Shown here: positions 54,603 to 57,259 of the stretch, one piece after another
How the letters are laid out: the number at the start of each line of letters is the position of its first letter
How positions within the stretch are numbered: the stretch's first letter is position 1
Assembly (NCBI GenBank): GCA_035497355.1
Contig: DATJDP010000103.1
Span: forward strand, 1-57,259
Direction of reading: 5' to 3'
Length of the DNA stretch: 57,259 bases
Source: Flavipsychrobacter sp.
GTDB lineage: Bacteria; Bacteroidota; Bacteroidia; Chitinophagales; Chitinophagaceae
Translations under genes and position numbers: made by a program
Notes under the pieces: model-generated
What the model was told of the DNA's origin: nothing
Seen by the model: the letters and a program-made list of their open reading frames with translations, nothing else
The model's database searches: none

Positions 54603-55660
54603 GGGGTTTTGGCAATGGCGATGGCTGTTGGCGATGGCTTTAGCGGCGCTGGCTAGTGGCACTGGCAATGGCTGGTGGCGATGGCGCGGGATAAGAACAA
54701 AAGCAAGCCGTCATTGCGAACCTTTAGGTGAAGCAATCTGTGGTTAACGTCAGCTGTTCTTTCTTTGAAGGTGCCAAGAAAGAACCAAAGAAACACCTTG
54801 ACAAATCGAATCGCTCCGCGCAATTTGTCGGGCTATACGCTGTTGGCGTAGCTCTCTGTTCAGCACCATAGCACTTTTTGTATGTTCACCTGGAGGGCCT
54901 TGATCATGCTCCGCGTCAGCGTCAGCCGGGGAACCTTATCGACATAATCAAGAAATACAAATAGGCGCCACTATATTTTCAGCATTAGAGAATGCTTCTA
55001 TACACAAGATCACTAGTTCATTACAGCACGCACTACGGACCGTTCTATTTTTTCCGCCAGGCGGAAATAGGAAATCATGTTATTCCTTAAAATCATTTAA
55101 TCGTGGTTCAGACTATTAGCGATGGCTAGTGGCGCTGGCTGTAGCGGTATAGGCCATGGCTAGTGGCCGCGTGGGTGTTATCCTGTTAATCTTTAAATCT
55201 TATAAATCCTGGTTCAGACTATTAGCGATGGCGATGGCTTGTGGCACTGGCCTTCATGTTAATCCTTAAATCTTGTAAATCCTGGTTTCAGACAATTGGC
55301 GATGGCTAACGGCGATGGCTGTAGCGGCGCTGGCTAGTGGCACTGGCAATGGCTGGTGGCGATGGCGCGGGATAAGAACAAAAGCAAGCCGTCATTGCGA
55401 ACCTTTAGGCGAAGCAATCTGTGGCTAACATCATCTCTTCTTTCTTTGCGGGTGCAACGGCGAAGCACTCATTATTCGTTCTTTCTTTGAAGGTGCAAAG
55501 AAAGAACCAAAGAAACACCTTGACAAATTGAATCGCTCCGCGCAATTTGTCGGGCTATACGCTGTTCACGTCATCGTGTGGTTGCGTATGTTTTATCCTG
55601 TTAATCTTTAAATCAAGTGAATCGTTGTTCAGACGATCGGCGATGGCTGGTGATGGCAGA
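54603..55660. repeat. 1.05-kb gene-free repeat field: (GGCNNN)n tracts, two copies of a 205-245-bp double-hairpin repeat, and four reverse-oriented 35-bp gttaatcc…cctgNttcagac modules
   Basis: Units were read at 54603-54688 (tract), 54640-54845 and 55322-55565 (long direct repeat), and 55078-55170, 55176-55252, 55255-55370, 55583-55660 (module + tract). Confidence 0.9.
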
Positions 55661-55665
55661 GCCTA

Positions 55666-56139
55666 TTAATTACATAGCCCCTTCTTCTTGCAATAGTCAT
55701 AAATAAGCTTGAAATACACTCTAAGTATATCGTGGGCGCTCAGTAATTCATTCAACTTTTCTGCCAGCTCATAGTCAGAAACATCATAGTCGTGAGCTAT
55801 CTCATTGCGCAATACCCTTAGGCGATTCCAGACGGCATAGTCATTAATGATATCTAACTGTTCAAGACGATGAAAAATATCAATAAAAGTTTTGTTACTG
55901 AAATCTTCCCCTACAGACGCTAAAACGGCCTTAAACAATTTATTGCCTAAGGCGTCCTGCAATTTGGAAAAGCGAAAAATATACTGGTCCAGGTAGCTTA
56001 CTGTTTCCTCCTTAAGATCAGCAACAGATTCGGATGTGAAAGGTAATAAGGGGTTTATTTGCCGAAAAGCAAAATCAAGCCTTTTTGAATGCTTTTGACA
56101 TTCCCTGATAACAGATTGTAATATATCTTCCTTCTCCAT
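55666..56139 (-). CDS. HEPN-domain toxin (HepT-like)
   Basis: 157 aa. It has the Rx4H motif in …RVLRNEIAHDY… and sits directly downstream of the MNT gene (7-nt gap). Confidence 0.7.
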   Translation of the reverse strand: MEKEDILQSVIRECQKHSKRLDFAFRQINPLLPFTSESVADLKEETVSYLDQYIFRFSKLQDALGNKLFKAVLASVGEDFSNKTFIDIFHRLEQLDIINDYAVWNRLRVLRNEIAHDYDVSDYELAEKLNELLSAHDILRVYFKLIYDYCKKKGLCN

Positions 56140-56146
56140 ATCCCTT

Positions 56147-56440
56147 TTATAGTAATATACCCTGCTTTAGTGCCAGTTCGTCGATAAGGCGCTTTTGTCC
56201 CGAATACTGAACGACAATATCGACTTTTTGCTCACCAATCATCTCAAAAAGCATTGTCAGCATTTGAATTTTTCTATTAAACAGGCCATCTTGCTGTTCC
56301 GGCTGAATGTAAAGATCTATGTCACCACCTCGCTTGTGGTCGTACACGCGGGAGCCAAAAAGAAAAACTTTGGAGGCTTTACCAAAACATGTTTCAGTCG
56401 CTTTCCTGATGCTGTCTATTTCCTCTACGGTAAGGCGCAT
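56147..56440 (-). CDS. Minimal nucleotidyltransferase antitoxin (MntA-like)
   Basis: MRLTVEEIDSIRKATETCFG…VFLFGSRVYDHKRGGDIDLYI carries the GSx9-10DxD motif. The ATG is the complement of 56438-56440. The ORF-track extension to 56554 is hexamer-tract sequence. Confidence 0.75.
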   Translation of the reverse strand: MRLTVEEIDSIRKATETCFGKASKVFLFGSRVYDHKRGGDIDLYIQPEQQDGLFNRKIQMLTMLFEMIGEQKVDIVVQYSGQKRLIDELALKQGILL

Positions 56441-56461
56441 ACTGCAATTTCGATTTTTTTC

Positions 56462-56815
56462 TGGCGTTGGCGCTGGCCGTGTGGCACTGGTGATGGCGAT
56501 GGCTTTGGCTATTGGCACTGGCCCGGGGCTCTGGCTTGTACAGATTACTGCCATTCATAATTCACAATTGATCATTCATTTCCACCTGCCATTCATAATT
56601 CATAATTAACAATTCATCATTATTAATGATCCTCAAATCTTGTAAATCCTGATTCAGACTATTAGCGATGGCAATGGCTGGTGGTGATGGGCGCTGGCCG
56701 GGTGGCACTGGCACTGGCTGGTGGCGATGGCTTGTGGCCTATTTGATGATTTGGTAATTTTCCAACTGCCTACTGCCTACTATTAACTGCCTACTGCCAA
56801 CTGCCTACTGCCAAC
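56462..56815. repeat. Repeat mosaic: (GGCNNN)n tract, reverse copy of the long element's 5' module (56555-56660), a second tract and CTGCCNA heptamer words
   Basis: cattcataattcacaattgatcattc…attaatgatcctcaaatcttgtaaatcctgattcagac is the reverse complement of the 16709-16790 module. It is followed by tattagcgatggcaatggctggtgg… and ccaactgcctactgcc…. Confidence 0.9.
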
Positions 56816-56817
56816 TA

Positions 56818-57259
56818 TCAGCTGCCAACTGTCTCTTCCACTTTATAATAGCTTTTATACCATTCAATAAACCGGCGGACGCCTTCTTTGACTGGTGTGG
56901 AGGGGCGGAAATGGGTGATGGCTTCGAGCGAGGAGACGTCTGCAAAGGTGGCAGGTACGTCGCCGGGCTGCATAGACATAAGGTTCTTTTTTACTTCAAT
57001 GCCTAAGGCCGCCTCCAATGCATTGATATATTCCATCAACTGCACCGGTGCGCTATTACCGATATTCAATATACGATAAGGGGCTGAAGAGGTGGCAGGA
57101 TCGGGTTGTGCACTGTCCCACTCAGTATTGGGCTGAGGAGGATGCGGTAATAATCTGAATATGTTTTCTACAATATCTGATACATAAGTAAAGTCGCGCA
57201 CCATATTGCCTTCATTGTACACGTCTATCGGCTCGCCAGCAAGAGTGGCCTTGGCAAAC
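56818..57259 (-). CDS. NAD-dependent epimerase (UDP-glucuronate 4-epimerase-like), C-terminal part; the 5' end lies beyond the window
   Basis: The frame is open to the window end: …LAGEPIDVYNEGNMVRDFTYVSDIVENI…PYRILNIGNSAPVQLMEYI…. This is typical of the CapI/WbnF/LpsL family. Confidence 0.75.
   Translation of the reverse strand, partial: FAKATLAGEPIDVYNEGNMVRDFTYVSDIVENIFRLLPHPPQPNTEWDSAQPDPATSSAPYRILNIGNSAPVQLMEYINALEAALGIEVKKNLMSMQPGDVPATFADVSSLEAITHFRPSTPVKEGVRRFIEWYKSYYKVEETVGS

Overview
The window looks like a Bacteroidota chromosome (Chitinophagia/Sphingobacteriia-like), judged from gene content, TAnnTTTG-type promoter boxes and the absence of Shine-Dalgarno spacing. It has three parts.

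(1) 1-15.1 kb is a housekeeping block: icmF (5' part), two small OMPs, gamma-CA-like protein, GT2, thyA, folA, clpX, priA, M23 peptidase, bcp and a CPBP protease.

(2) 15.1-27.9 kb is a repeat-saturated accessory stretch. Single genes or gene pairs are separated by a modular repeat family. The cargo is a decayed DUF4143 ATPase, an orphan lysis-like cassette, an FN3 protein, a 22 x 21-bp palindromic tandem array, an AAA ATPase, an XRE/pseudo-ImmA regulator, DUF4248, and a wHTH + nucleotidyltransferase pair.

(3) 27.9-54.5 kb is a minus-strand Wzx/Wzy/Wzc polysaccharide locus: 6-deoxy-L-HexNAc genes, WbuXYZ-type amidotransferase genes, several GTs and acyltransferases. It is followed by more repeats, a HEPN/MNT toxin-antitoxin pair and a partial UDP-GlcA-epimerase-like gene.

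The best candidate for something new is a two-gene module (29612-30922): a STAS-like small protein plus a STAS-GHKL ATPase, inserted in-operon between the initiating sugar transferase and a PglD-like acetyltransferase.

Other notable signals:
- (GGCNNN)n hexamer-phase tracts, about 17 in the window.
- A triplicated ~300-bp element carrying an intrinsic terminator.
- A copy of that element's core inserted in-frame into thyA.
- Inverted copies of the repeat family flanking the whole polysaccharide locus.

All calls come from reading the sequence and the ORF track. No database search was run.
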